Notes: a model not told the origin generated them from the letters alone. A stretch of DNA of 64,000 bases from Myxococcota bacterium (GCA_028278265.1 JANQET010000041.1:18702-82701); one strand, 5' to 3'; positions 9,401-18,873 are shown, numbered from the stretch's first letter. Numbers and translations: made by a program.

Positions 9401-11100
9401 ACGAAATCGACGCCACCCTCCCCCTCGTCTTGGCCGATGAGAACAGACTGCAGCAGATTTTGTTCAATCTGGTAGGCAACGCGATAAAATTCACCGAATC
9501 GGGGACAGTTTCGGTTTCCGCCAAAGATAGCGGTGGCGAAGTGGAAATCGGTGTGTCTGATACCGGCATTGGGATACCGGATGACAAACTCGAGCGAATT
9601 TTTGAGTCTTTTGAGCAGGTAGACGGGGGCAGCACCCGGGCCTATGGTGGCACCGGACTCGGGTTGACGGTTACGCGACAACTCGTCGAGCTTCACGGTG
9701 GGAAGGTATCGGTTGAGTCAACTGTCGATAAAGGATCAGTTTTTAGCTTCACGTTGAAGACCGCGGGAGATGCAAAACCGATCGAGATGGGAGTTACCCC
9801 GTCTGCCCACCCCATTAGCACTATTCTAAGGACCAGCTCAAACGTTCCCAGCGCATCAGATGTGGCCATCTCTCCCAAAGAAGAGCCGGCGCCAGAGGGC
9901 GACTTCAACATTCTGATCGTCGATGATGATCCGATAAATCTAAAGGTTCTCGAAAATCACTTGTCTCTGCAGAACTACACGATTACCCAGGCGACAAACG
10001 GCAACGAGGCGCTTGCTATCTTAACATCTGGCGTGCATATCGACTTAATTCTGTTGGATATTATGATGCCCCGAATGTCGGGGTATGAAGTGGTGGAGAA
10101 GCTTCGAGGGAGTTTCGCCGCTCACGAGTTACCGGTCATTTTTCTAACCGCCAAGAATCAAGTCGCCGACTTGGTGGCCGGTTTTGCGGCGGGTGGAAAT
10201 GACTATTTACCCAAACCAATCGCCAAAGCCGAGCTGTTGTCGCGTGTGAAAACGCACCTGGAGCTGTTGGATATCAATCGCAATTTAGAGACCAAAGTGA
10301 GAGATCGGACAGCAGAGGTCGTCGAACAGAAGAAACAGCTAGAGCTCGCCTATCGCGAAGTGAATCAGACCAAGGATGCCTTGTGGGGCGAAATGCAGTT
10401 GGCCAAGAAGATTCAGGTCGTATTGGTACCAGATTGCCCCCAAATTCCGGGGTATTTCATCGCGACCCATATGGAAACCGCAGATTCAGTGGGGGGTGAC
10501 TACTACGACGTGGTGCAGGCCAACGGGAAAAATTGGCTGATTATCGGCGATGTGTCGGGGCACGGGGTGACCGCCGGTCTCGTGATGATGATGGCGCAGA
10601 CAGCGCTGCACCACGCACTCCACGCTCTGCCCACCGCAACACCGGATGAAATCTTGACCTCCGTGAACAGGGTTGTATTTGAGAATATTCAGAAACTGGG
10701 TGAGTCGAAATACATGACCCTCACCCTGCTCTCGATCGACCCGGACGGCACCATTTTTTACACCGGGCTTCATCAAGACATCTATATTTATCGCCAATCC
10801 CTGGGACAAATTGAAACCGCGGAGACCAAGGGGATATGGCTGGGGGTTGTCGACGATATAGACAAGTTAAACAGCGTGGATCAGCTGAAGCTCCAGTCCG
10901 AAGACGCCTTGATTCTCTATACAGATGGCATTGTCGAAGCGCGTGATCCGCACGGACGGTACACCAACAACCGACTCAAATCTCTAGTTGAGAAAATCGG
11001 CCACGAGCCAGTTGATTCGATTCGCGATCAAATCCTGCGCTCCCTTGAGCATTTCACACGGGACGATGATGTAACCCTTGTGGTGGTGAAGAAAGCTTAG
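6409..11100 (+). CDS. Hybrid sensor histidine kinase: signal peptide, two-component regulator propeller repeats, Y_Y_Y domain, TM, HisKA/HATPase, receiver, C-terminal PP2C/SpoIIE phosphatase
   Basis: 1563-aa ORF; probable start at 6451 (MGMFPHRKKGSKICVALAMVIAFCGSQAGAQS). Many propeller-like repeats (xxDxxGxLWIGTxxGLxxYD). H-box ANTSHELRTPLNGIIG. ATPase motifs (NLVGNAIKFT, DTGIGI, GGTGLGL). Receiver domain (ILIVDDDPINLKV...LLDIMMPRMSGYEV...LPKPI). C-terminal SpoIIE/PP2C motifs (ADSVGGDYYDV, IGDVSGHGVTAG, LYTDGIVEA). Confidence 0.85.
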   Translation: MRLPFELCSRAFILMGMFPHRKKGSKICVALAMVIAFCGSQAGAQSTNDLRFEHISTNKGLSQVSVLSMLQDRLGFIWFATQDGLNKYDGYNFTTFRNDENDESSIGDNDVWTLVQGENDEIWIGLHYAGLNRYDPRTGTFERFRHHPDDPNSLSSDNIRFLWYDTDGTLWIGTNDAGLNHFNPKTKVVTRVGFHASQEDGLDRKRVLAILRDSRQNLWIGTCGGGLSRYVPDSRTFVHSVHREDDENSLSGNCVSALLEDSRGNLWVGTSGSGLNLFNPKTGKFKRFRHRPNQPHSLGHDYITIMLRDREDNLWIGTRGGISKHNPATQTFVNYEHQTSNPTSLSHNAVYSILEDNTGTLWFGTLGGGANKFDVFTKGIKTYRHQADNPNSPSHNVVRSLLVDADDHVWISTYKGVDKYDPQNGAFAHVDLKPDAKEKGKREYIFSMSQKPPSKKASIEGPADDLWLGVFKGGIRRYNPASGTIASFKAEPGNSQSLISNDIETILTDSKGNVWIGTLASGLSKLDPQTGAYHHFRHNPDDPSSISSDAIKAILEDHQGEIWIGTKFGLNKLVADSGIFERYRYNPSSPVRLSHDSINTIYQDSRENLWMGTDGGLAKIDSRTGKQSIYAKKHGFPNLLTTCIVEDDLRNLWVGTNDGLVRFDPESEKTTVFDSRDGLQGNSFMSHSCGRTGDGMLYFGGENGLSVIDPKMIRKNEYPPPIVFTDFRLFNKSVAVAKPGESSADFRLARHISYAKALTLDYTDYIFSIEFSALNYRQPEKNRYMYQLEGLDKQWIETTAANRRATYTDLPHGSYLLRVRASNDDGVWNERASTLKLTILPPPWRSWWAYALYLVSAIALIFWFIQYQRNKVRQKQRELDKEIQISQRLRQVDKLKDEFLANTSHELRTPLNGIIGIVESLIDRHKQQSADATESNLKLIFSSGKRLASLVDDILDFSKMKNQSLALDLAAVELRPLVDVVLATSRTLIGNKPLELVNEIDATLPLVLADENRLQQILFNLVGNAIKFTESGTVSVSAKDSGGEVEIGVSDTGIGIPDDKLERIFESFEQVDGGSTRAYGGTGLGLTVTRQLVELHGGKVSVESTVDKGSVFSFTLKTAGDAKPIEMGVTPSAHPISTILRTSSNVPSASDVAISPKEEPAPEGDFNILIVDDDPINLKVLENHLSLQNYTITQATNGNEALAILTSGVHIDLILLDIMMPRMSGYEVVEKLRGSFAAHELPVIFLTAKNQVADLVAGFAAGGNDYLPKPIAKAELLSRVKTHLELLDINRNLETKVRDRTAEVVEQKKQLELAYREVNQTKDALWGEMQLAKKIQVVLVPDCPQIPGYFIATHMETADSVGGDYYDVVQANGKNWLIIGDVSGHGVTAGLVMMMAQTALHHALHALPTATPDEILTSVNRVVFENIQKLGESKYMTLTLLSIDPDGTIFYTGLHQDIYIYRQSLGQIETAETKGIWLGVVDDIDKLNSVDQLKLQSEDALILYTDGIVEARDPHGRYTNNRLKSLVEKIGHEPVDSIRDQILRSLEHFTRDDDVTLVVVKKA

Positions 11101-11272
11101 CCTCTCACCGGCCTACCGTCCACCGGTGTTGACTGGAGAATAAGCTGGGGATTGCATAACAACCACTGGCGCGATTCGGTAGTTCGTTGGCGGATTTTGC
11201 TAGTGTCAGGGTCCCCTTTCCTTGCCATCTTTTGGGTGTGAGCAATGCAACACCAACCCATAGGAGGGCAAA

Positions 11273-12088
11273 ATGACGCAAACAATATTGATCACAGGGG
11301 CGAGCAGCGGCATCGGAAAAGCAACGGCCAAACTGTTTCACGAAAAGGGCTGGAACGTGGTGGCCACCATGCGCACGCCCGAGAAAGAGGAAGAGCTCAA
11401 AACACTCGACAACGTGCTGGTCACGCGACTGGACGTTACCGACGGTGAGTCGATCGGGACTGCCGTAAAAGAAACTATCGACAGGTTTGGCAAAATAGAC
11501 GTGCTCCTCAACAACGCCGGGTACGGCGCCTACGGTCCGCTCGAAGCCTTTCCCATGGAAAGGATCGTTCGGCAGTTCAACACCAACGTCATCGGTCTGC
11601 TGGAAACCACCAAGGCAGTGCTACCCCACTTCCGCGGAAACAAGTCCGGCACAATTGTCAACATCTCCTCGATTGGCGGAAAGATAACCTTCCCGCTGGG
11701 TACCCTCTACCACGGTACCAAGTTTGCTGTGGAAGGGCTATCCGAAGCGCTCCACTACGAGCTCGAACCCCTTGGCATCCGGGTCAAAATAGTCGAGCCC
11801 GGCGCTATTGCCACAGATTTCAGCGGGCGCTCGTTCGATTTCACCAACGACGAATCCATCACCGAGTACCAGGGCGTCGTGCAAACCATGCTCGCGAGCA
11901 TGCCCGAAATGATGAAAACGGCCTCGCCGGCAAGCCTCTGCGCGGAAGTGATCTGGACCGCCGTCACCGACGGAACGACCACGCTGCGCTACACCGCCGG
12001 AGACGACGCCAAAGAAGTCATGGCCAGCCGCAAAGCCCTGGACGACGACACCTTCATCAGGGGTATCAAACAACGGCTCGGTCTCTGA
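11273..12088 (+). CDS. Short-chain dehydrogenase/reductase (SDR family)
   Basis: MTQTILITGASSGIGKATAK; NNAGYG; YHGTKFAVEGLSEAL (YxxxK). GGAGGG ribosome-binding site 6 nt upstream. TGA stop. Confidence 0.85.
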   Translation: MTQTILITGASSGIGKATAKLFHEKGWNVVATMRTPEKEEELKTLDNVLVTRLDVTDGESIGTAVKETIDRFGKIDVLLNNAGYGAYGPLEAFPMERIVRQFNTNVIGLLETTKAVLPHFRGNKSGTIVNISSIGGKITFPLGTLYHGTKFAVEGLSEALHYELEPLGIRVKIVEPGAIATDFSGRSFDFTNDESITEYQGVVQTMLASMPEMMKTASPASLCAEVIWTAVTDGTTTLRYTAGDDAKEVMASRKALDDDTFIRGIKQRLGL

Positions 12089-12218
12089 TTCCTCTCCGTT
12101 TTCAACTCATTACCCGTCTTCCTTCAGATCTTCGATCACGTGAAGGGGCAGGTCGAAGTCCGTGCCTGCATCATTGTCGGGATCCGTGTCCGTACGGAAT
12201 CGGCTGCTGTTTGGCGTT

Positions 12219-13658
12219 TTAAGGGAGGGGGGACGGGGAATCGCACATCGGGAATACCACGGCCTCAGGATCGATGATCTTCGGTTCTCCTACCTCCACT
12301 TTGAGCGACAGCGGATACCAGTCAATCGTCGGCTCCGCTGACGTCATGGTTGCCGTTGTTGCTTCCATCTTGGACTCGACAGCCCAACAATACTCTGTCA
12401 GATACGGCAGCCCCTGTGGGGAAATCGCCATCGCCCACAGCAGTTGGTCACCGGGGGTCGCGCCGTCGAACGTCACGCCGGTGACGAAGTAGTTCCCGTC
12501 AGGGGCGGGCTGGACATCGTAAAGCCACTCGTTTTCAACACCGCCCCAGTACTTGTGCCACTCTATCTCGCCATCGGTCGGATCCAACCGCATCGCAAAT
12601 CCATCCATACTGCCGTGAGCAGCGACCACACTTCCTCCGACCATGATCAACTCCGTGCTTCCCGGTGCGACCTCGTGCAACGTTGCCGATAGAGCTTCAT
12701 CAGGTGATTGAACGGCCGAGTTCCCATTGTACAGTTTGACCCACTGCGGTGGGTTCTCATTGACCATGTCGAACCGCATCGCCAGAGCGGACGCTCCGGT
12801 CTCTTTCTGGGTTATCATGGTTTTGCCGATTAGAATGTACTGTTCTGCGCCGACTGTAGCATCGGCGACGACAATATCATTTGCGAAATCCGCACCTCCC
12901 GAATCGAATTCACGCTGCCGGCCGATCACGCCCTTGTTGTCGATTTCCATCACCCATAGGTTGGCGTAGCGCGTCTCAGGGTGATACCGCGTACCAGCCA
13001 TCACATATCCCCGCGTGCCCAATTTGGCCAGTGCGATATTGTACCCACTCCCTGCTAAATCGTACCGGTTGTGCCAGACCAGGTTACCCTCCGGATCGAC
13101 GCGCATCGCACACAGATCGCGCTTTGAATAATCGTCCTTCGAAGTGAGTGTCCCGGCAATAGTGATGCCTTGGTGATCGACGACCATATCAGTGGCGGCA
13201 AACTCGAACTTTTTGTTGCTGTACATCTTGTCCCAAACCAAATTTCCAAAGGCGTCGATGTGGGTTAACGTTACCGACAGGGTTTGCTCGCAGATGTTGT
13301 TTTGACAATGAGTGGCCCGTCCTTTTGAAAGCAGGTAGTAGCCAAGGGTTACCCCGAAAAATCGAATCTCGTGCACAGAAACGGCGGGGCGGTCGGACAG
13401 CAAACGGTCCCCCTGCAGCGCGCCATCCGCGTCGTACTTGGCCAAGTAGTGATCCCAGCTAAAGTCATTGGCGGGATAGTCGTAGAACGCAGTTCCGCTG
13501 ATCAAGAAACCACCGTCCGCTGTAGCGATCGTCCGGCTGCCCCTCATATTGCCATCTTTCATGGTATGAAACGTGGCCCAGCTAAGGGCGGCAGCGCTCG
13601 TGGTTGCGAGCATGAGCGTTGTGGCAAGCGCGAATGTCCATTTTCCTCTGCGCATCAT
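12219..13658 (-). CDS. Secreted hypothetical protein, repeat-rich (beta-propeller-like)
   Basis: Likely start at MMRRGKWTFALATTLMLATTSAAALSWA (signal peptide). Recurring GNLVW and GEIEWHKYWGG-type repeats. No catalytic motif recognised. Confidence 0.5.
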   Translation of the reverse strand: MMRRGKWTFALATTLMLATTSAAALSWATFHTMKDGNMRGSRTIATADGGFLISGTAFYDYPANDFSWDHYLAKYDADGALQGDRLLSDRPAVSVHEIRFFGVTLGYYLLSKGRATHCQNNICEQTLSVTLTHIDAFGNLVWDKMYSNKKFEFAATDMVVDHQGITIAGTLTSKDDYSKRDLCAMRVDPEGNLVWHNRYDLAGSGYNIALAKLGTRGYVMAGTRYHPETRYANLWVMEIDNKGVIGRQREFDSGGADFANDIVVADATVGAEQYILIGKTMITQKETGASALAMRFDMVNENPPQWVKLYNGNSAVQSPDEALSATLHEVAPGSTELIMVGGSVVAAHGSMDGFAMRLDPTDGEIEWHKYWGGVENEWLYDVQPAPDGNYFVTGVTFDGATPGDQLLWAMAISPQGLPYLTEYCWAVESKMEATTATMTSAEPTIDWYPLSLKVEVGEPKIIDPEAVVFPMCDSPSPLP

Positions 13659-13991
13659 TATGTTTCTCCATTCAAGCTGTCCCTGTTCAAGGGAGTTTAC
13701 TGTTGATGATTGGGTTTCGCGTAGAGCTGGAAATCTCTGACCAAAAAATTTTCCAAAATCAAAAGGCGGCGGATCGGCAGAACAGTGTTTGGCATCATTC
13801 ATTTTTTTGTTCATAGCAATGAGATTTGCGGTGTTGTTATTTATGTCATGCCTTCACACTGACCGAGGGCAGAACCATTGTGCGTTGTTATGCTTTTCAA
13901 ATTGCACAACGCATGAAGAAACTCGCGCGCATTTTGCGCTATATCGATGAGAGTATTCGCAGAAGAAAACGACAAACAAAGGAGTAAACAA

Positions 13992-14543
13992 ATGAAGATT
14001 ACGAAATTTATCTTGTTGCTGTCTCTCTTTTTCCTCGTCAGCAATGGTGCTTCAGCGGGGGTCGAGAACAAATACTTTAAACACGTTCAGTACTATGCCG
14101 GTGGAGATTCTTGGTTTACGACGACCAGTTTCTCATATCTCAGCACCTGCAACTATGAAAATATGCTGCCGGAGGTCGCGTCCAACTCAGAATGTTATGT
14201 TTACCGAACCAACGTAGGAGTGCCTCCGGTCGATTATCTGCCGCTAAAAGGGGTCAAAAAGATGTATGCCGGGATTTATAAATCCGGCAGTCCAACCATT
14301 CCATATGCGAACTGGTATTTCTGGGATGTCGTTGCCAAATATTGGGATCACACAGTGGACATAGAACGTTCCACGTATGATTCTCCTCATATGGTTTATT
14401 ACGGTTACGAGGATAACGAGCTCAACGATTACCATGGGGTAAATTATCGCACGCGTGACACACCAATGCTGGGAGTGGTCTATAAGGTGCAGGATTCCGG
14501 CCGTAAATATGGGCGGGTTTTTGTGAGCAATCCGTTGCGCTGA
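13992..14543 (+). CDS. Secreted hypothetical protein
   Basis: MKITKFILLLSLFFLVSNGASAG signal peptide. Tyr/Trp-rich. Lies in a lower-GC islet. Confidence 0.45.
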   Translation: MKITKFILLLSLFFLVSNGASAGVENKYFKHVQYYAGGDSWFTTTSFSYLSTCNYENMLPEVASNSECYVYRTNVGVPPVDYLPLKGVKKMYAGIYKSGSPTIPYANWYFWDVVAKYWDHTVDIERSTYDSPHMVYYGYEDNELNDYHGVNYRTRDTPMLGVVYKVQDSGRKYGRVFVSNPLR

Positions 14544-14659
14544 AAATCCGTGTCGAATTGACACACGTCTCTTTTGCGAATATCTGATTCGATTCTCGAA
14601 AATCCTAAACAAAATTGGTCAAGTTCTACTGAAACGTATAAAGCAAACGAAGGTGATAT

Positions 14660-15463
14660 ATGTTTGAAGCTAAGAAAAAAAATATTACCACAAAGAAATC
14701 TCGCGGGTTGGTTTTGGCCTGCTGCATATCGGTACTGGTATTCCTCGGAGCCATTATCTTCAGAGAGGCTGAATCAAAAAATGTAAGAGTAACGCATCAT
14801 AACACGTTACGCATCGGCAATAGCACCGCCAATCGGCCACACCGGAACACATATCTGAAAATGGACGCGCAAAAGATTGCGGCGCTCAGCAATTTTGTCA
14901 GGCAAGCCAGGCGGGATCGGACGTCGGGTGATCAAGATGCGACGTCAGCAGGACCTACCGAAGAAGAGCGAATCGCCGGTGAAATTCTCACCAATCAGAT
15001 CGAATCCCTCACCGATGATCAGCTAGAACAAATTAACAAAGAGAAGGAGATCATCATGAGAACTTACTGGCAGGATGCACCAGGTATACTGACCGAAATG
15101 CTCAATGGCCAGGAGAAGGACGATGATTGGACAAAGCAGGTCCGTGAAACTGGTGAAGAATTTCTGTTCAGCAGCGAGTATCGCGGCACTACACTGGTGA
15201 GTGCGGACTGCCGTGAAACTCTGTGTGAGGTTTTGCTTCACCATCAACATGCAGAAGACGCCGAGAGATTTCGATATAAGGGAGGCGCTGAACAAGGTCC
15301 ATGGTTTGGTGAACAATTCGGTAAAGCGTTTGACCGGGACGACACGTTCATTACGCGCCTTGTGTTTTCCAAGGACAGGAATATCGAGCCGTTCAGGAAG
15401 ATCGGCGATATTATACTGGAGCGATCGCGAACGCGAGTTTCCACAAACGAGGTATCACCATAG
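14660..15463 (+). CDS. Membrane-anchored hypothetical protein
   Basis: N-terminal TM helix (GLVLACCISVLVFLGAIIF) followed by a charged soluble domain. No recognisable motifs. Lower-GC region. Confidence 0.4.
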   Translation: MFEAKKKNITTKKSRGLVLACCISVLVFLGAIIFREAESKNVRVTHHNTLRIGNSTANRPHRNTYLKMDAQKIAALSNFVRQARRDRTSGDQDATSAGPTEEERIAGEILTNQIESLTDDQLEQINKEKEIIMRTYWQDAPGILTEMLNGQEKDDDWTKQVRETGEEFLFSSEYRGTTLVSADCRETLCEVLLHHQHAEDAERFRYKGGAEQGPWFGEQFGKAFDRDDTFITRLVFSKDRNIEPFRKIGDIILERSRTRVSTNEVSP

Positions 15464-15572
15464 TACGTTGGTGTAGCCTCGCACGATTTCACGCCAACCC
15501 CATATTCTACGTTCTACGTTCCGTCTTTTTTTGTCTTGAAGAGTAGTAGGCGAGGGTTATTTGTCTGCTATC

Positions 15573-17054
15573 CTACCATCGGCCGACATACATCGGATAG
15601 GTGTTGTTGCTTGTGTATTGCGTATATTCCACCGGCACAAACTGCGTAAAAATTGTTGCACCGGAAAGAGCAAGCGCTCCATCCCAAGGTTGCGCTCCAG
15701 CCTGCGTGTGTTGTGTATACCACGCCAAGATAATTGCTGAATGTCCGTTGTGTCCTTTTTGTATGTAGTCGCCGCTCTTGGGCGTATATTTTTGACTACA
15801 ATCATACTCTCCCTGGGATATCCATTCCCCAGTGCGGATCCATTTGTAGAAACCAGGTCCATCAGGACAAAAGGAATTGTCAACACCACCGAGGGTATAG
15901 CCGTCCCAACGATAGAGTCGATTATGTGCCTCGAAGATCAGTCCAAGCCCTTCCGGTCCCCCGTGGCCGGGGGGTGGGAATTCTTGGTCATGATCCCACC
16001 AATCATTTTCAGAACTCCACCAATAGTGATTGAAGTACCATGTAGCGGTCTCGTCGCAGCCGCCCTGGGTTGGGGGAATGCCGCCATACTTATTAAAATC
16101 TGTCCCGGACTTGCCGATATCAAAGCGGATGCCTCTTGTCGGATAATTGTTGATGTCTCTGTCGTGAAACTCGAACCAATCGATAAGATTCTCGAAATGA
16201 GTCATCATTTCGAACAGGTGCTGTGTTCGATAGTCCCGCATCCAAACGCTGCCCGAGGGTGCATCCAATCGCCGATCCGTTATCGATTTGATCGCAGGAT
16301 TCCAGAAGAAATCGGGAAAATTGTTGTATTGCTGGCGATTTGTGAAGTATGTGCAAACATCATCGTCATTGGATGGATCGTCATCCGTCGTGCTGGTGTA
16401 ACTGCTCATGGCCACATCGCTATAGTAAACTCGGGTCACCAGAGAGTCGATATCGAGAACAGTAGAACCCCCGTGATTTTTCAAATACATGCTATCCCAG
16501 TATGCCCTGTTTCCGAAAATCGGCAGCTTGTGTAGCTCCGTCAAATTTACGTCCGCCCATGACGCCCGACCACAATAATGGCGACGATTGCCGTTGATCG
16601 GTCTGAACGAGACTGGCACTTCGATGCAATCGCTTGACGTTTTACAGAAGGCGACTTCTCTGGTCCAACGAGTATGAGCTGGATTGGTATCCAGCACAAT
16701 TTCTACGACGAGGTCCAAAGCCTTGGCACCTTCAAAAAGGTCTCCTTTTTGTTCCCCGACCCGCTCCGCATCCCATCTCGACAATTGGTCCGCCATCATC
16801 TCCATTGCCTGATTGATATCTTCATCAGGTGCAACCTCGGTCTGGCTCTGGACATCGGCTAATTCTGGGTAGAGTGGTAAAGGGTTCGCATTTTCCGCGG
16901 TGGCGGGATGGGTCATTTCCTCCGTATCCATATATTGATCTTCGTTTTCGATATTGGGCCCTTCATCGATTTCACAAGCTAAGTTGAAGAACATCAATCC
17001 GACGATCAAAAACTTGAATTTGAACTTCACATTGGATAATTTTTTCATCATCAT
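15573..17054 (-). CDS. Secreted lipoprotein, hypothetical (acidic N-terminal region; Trp/Tyr-rich C-terminal domain)
   Basis: MMMKKLSNVKFKFKFLIVGLMFFNLACEID (signal plus lipobox LAC). 493 aa. No confidently recognised catalytic motif. Confidence 0.5.
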   Translation of the reverse strand: MMMKKLSNVKFKFKFLIVGLMFFNLACEIDEGPNIENEDQYMDTEEMTHPATAENANPLPLYPELADVQSQTEVAPDEDINQAMEMMADQLSRWDAERVGEQKGDLFEGAKALDLVVEIVLDTNPAHTRWTREVAFCKTSSDCIEVPVSFRPINGNRRHYCGRASWADVNLTELHKLPIFGNRAYWDSMYLKNHGGSTVLDIDSLVTRVYYSDVAMSSYTSTTDDDPSNDDDVCTYFTNRQQYNNFPDFFWNPAIKSITDRRLDAPSGSVWMRDYRTQHLFEMMTHFENLIDWFEFHDRDINNYPTRGIRFDIGKSGTDFNKYGGIPPTQGGCDETATWYFNHYWWSSENDWWDHDQEFPPPGHGGPEGLGLIFEAHNRLYRWDGYTLGGVDNSFCPDGPGFYKWIRTGEWISQGEYDCSQKYTPKSGDYIQKGHNGHSAIILAWYTQHTQAGAQPWDGALALSGATIFTQFVPVEYTQYTSNNTYPMYVGRW

Positions 17055-17595
17055 TCCTTCAGTGTTGGCACCTATTGTGCAGGTGGCTTTCGAGATTAGT
17101 TGAGGCCTCAGTTCTCTTAACTGATAAACACCGAAAATGCGGTTGGTACGAACTGATATCTTCGCTGATCTGATTTGATCAATCGGCTGTGAATCGAGTC
17201 GTCAATCGGCAAGAGGAGTAAGTCCATTGAATCCAGCTCACGGATACGCGAATGAATTCTCATTCTGTCGCCGAAGTTGTGTGCCCCTCCGAGTGGACCA
17301 TCTTCTCATCGACAATAATCGAAGACGACACATGGCCCGAGCTCGTGGTGGAACGATAAGCTGTCTGTCATGGGGCCGCCGCCACCCATAGTCGCCAAAA
17401 AGACAATGGTGTCGATCACTACCAATAGTCGGCAACTGCTTCGTTTTTTCTAATTTAGAAAAGATTCTTTTTTTCGCCCAAAACCCAGCCGAGTCCCGTT
17501 CTTTTACTGAGCCGAAAAGAACAGGCGTCTGTAGAGCGACAGATCCTGTCGATTGTTCTTTTCATATCTTGACCCTTAACCAGGAGGAAATTGAA

Positions 17596-18012
17596 ATGTA
17601 TCGATTCTACGTGGGTATGATTCTCTGTTTGGTTTTGGCCATGGGTGGTTGCGATGAATATGAGGACGAAGTCGTCGACGCTGAATTCGCCCAACTTCAG
17701 GACGAGGTGCAAGATCCCAAGCCGATTGTCATGTGCATCAGCGAATGCAAACGCGAATACCGAGATTGTCTGCAAAGCGGGGTACCCGAAGCCCAATGTG
17801 CCCGGGAAAGAACCCAGTGCATCGGTTTCTGCAGCGAGGAAGAAGTCCTCATTCCAGGCGACGGGGCGGAAGAACATTTCTATTCCAACTCGGGTTGGTG
17901 TCCTCCTCACAAAGCATGTGGCCGTCAGTGCTGCAACTCCCGAGCTTCGCAGCATTGTTGTGAGCCTGGAATTTGTTCGAGGAGAATTGGTAGCCAGGAG
18001 GTTTGTCTGTAG
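17596..18012 (+). CDS. Small cysteine-rich secreted lipoprotein
   Basis: AGGAGG ribosome-binding site at 17583-17588. MYRFYVGMILCLVLAMGGCDEYEDE (lipobox). About 19 Cys in 139 aa with an acidic N-terminal segment, the same style as 48401..48934. The overlapping minus ORF 17455..18120 looks non-coding. Confidence 0.45.
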   Translation: MYRFYVGMILCLVLAMGGCDEYEDEVVDAEFAQLQDEVQDPKPIVMCISECKREYRDCLQSGVPEAQCARERTQCIGFCSEEEVLIPGDGAEEHFYSNSGWCPPHKACGRQCCNSRASQHCCEPGICSRRIGSQEVCL

Positions 18013-18207
18013 AGACTTCCCTGAATTACGACCGATTTCACTTCGATAATTTATCCGCATCCAGCAAATCATTACGATGAAAAATATCTGTCGGACTGAG
18101 GGGAGGGTGCGCCCTTTCAAGGCTGCGACTATTCTAAACCCAGCGCGTTGCGTTGAGCTGGTACTGAGTCGCCCCTTCAGCCTACCCTTTGGGCCAGAGC
18201 CTGTTTG

Positions 18208-18873
18208 CTAGTTCCGGCCCTGGTTGGCACGCTTGGCGGCGGCGAGGATTTCTTCGTTGGTGAGGCTGTGAATTTGATCGTCGGCGACGAGGACTTTTCC
18301 ATTCGACATATCGATCACCGCGCGGCCGAGGAGGCCGCTGGAAAGGGGCAGTCGGGATGAATCGGCCCAGAAGCCGCCATCGAAGTATCGGCTCAAATGC
18401 TCGGCCGCGTACGCCATCGGTTCGGAAGCATGGGGATGGGTGTACACGGCGAACACGGCGCTGTTGTGTGTGCTCAGTTGCGCTTCGATCCGACCAACCT
18501 GGCCGAACCGCGTGGCGCAGAGGGCTCCTCACGTTTCATCTCCTTGGACGAAAACGATCGACGACAAGCCGGAGCAGTGAATGTCTTGCAAGCTGAAGCG
18601 AACCTCGTTCCACTCCACCTGACCATCTCGATCGGAGTCAATGAAACCGATTTGCGTCCAATTGGCCACTGGCTGGCCGATCTCGTATTTGGTTCCCCAG
18701 GCGATTTGGGAACACTCGGAATCGGTGTCATTTTCCCAGTTTTCAGGGTCGTCAGAATCGTTGTCCACCTCCGGTGGGTAGCCCCGGACCTCATCATCGC
18801 AGGCGACTTGGAGCCCGACCCAACCGACCGTCCCATACAGGATCAGCAGGGGGAGTGTTACCGGCCGACTCAT
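18208..18873 (-). CDS. Candidate selenoprotein B (paralog of A/C): secreted EF-hand + thioredoxin-fold protein with in-frame TGA
   Basis: ORFs 18529..18873 and 18208..18456 are in the same frame, interrupted only by TGA at 18529-18531: ...IVFVQGDET-U-GALCATRFGQVGRIEAQLSTHNSAVFAVYTHPHAS...YFDGGFWADSS...GRAVIDMSNGKV... Signal MSRPVTLPLLILYGTVGWVGLQVAC. EF-hand loop DSDRDGQVEWNE. Weaker hairpin GGCC-AGGUU-GGUC about 25 nt after the UGA (plus strand 18487-18507). The start ATG overlaps the stop of gene C (ATGA). Confidence 0.5.

Noticed and set aside
11106-11128. Inverted repeat CACCGG-N11-CCGGTG after the large hybrid kinase gene as a rho-independent terminator
   Set aside because: The stem is only 6 bp with an 11-nt loop and no downstream T-tract, so it is too weak to call as a terminator.
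17455-18120. 221-aa minus-strand ORF overlapping the Cys-rich lipoprotein gene
   Set aside because: Translation is low-complexity with no signal, no ribosome-binding site and no motifs. The plus-strand ORF has an AGGAGG ribosome-binding site, a lipoprotein signal and a Cys pattern shared with a paralog.
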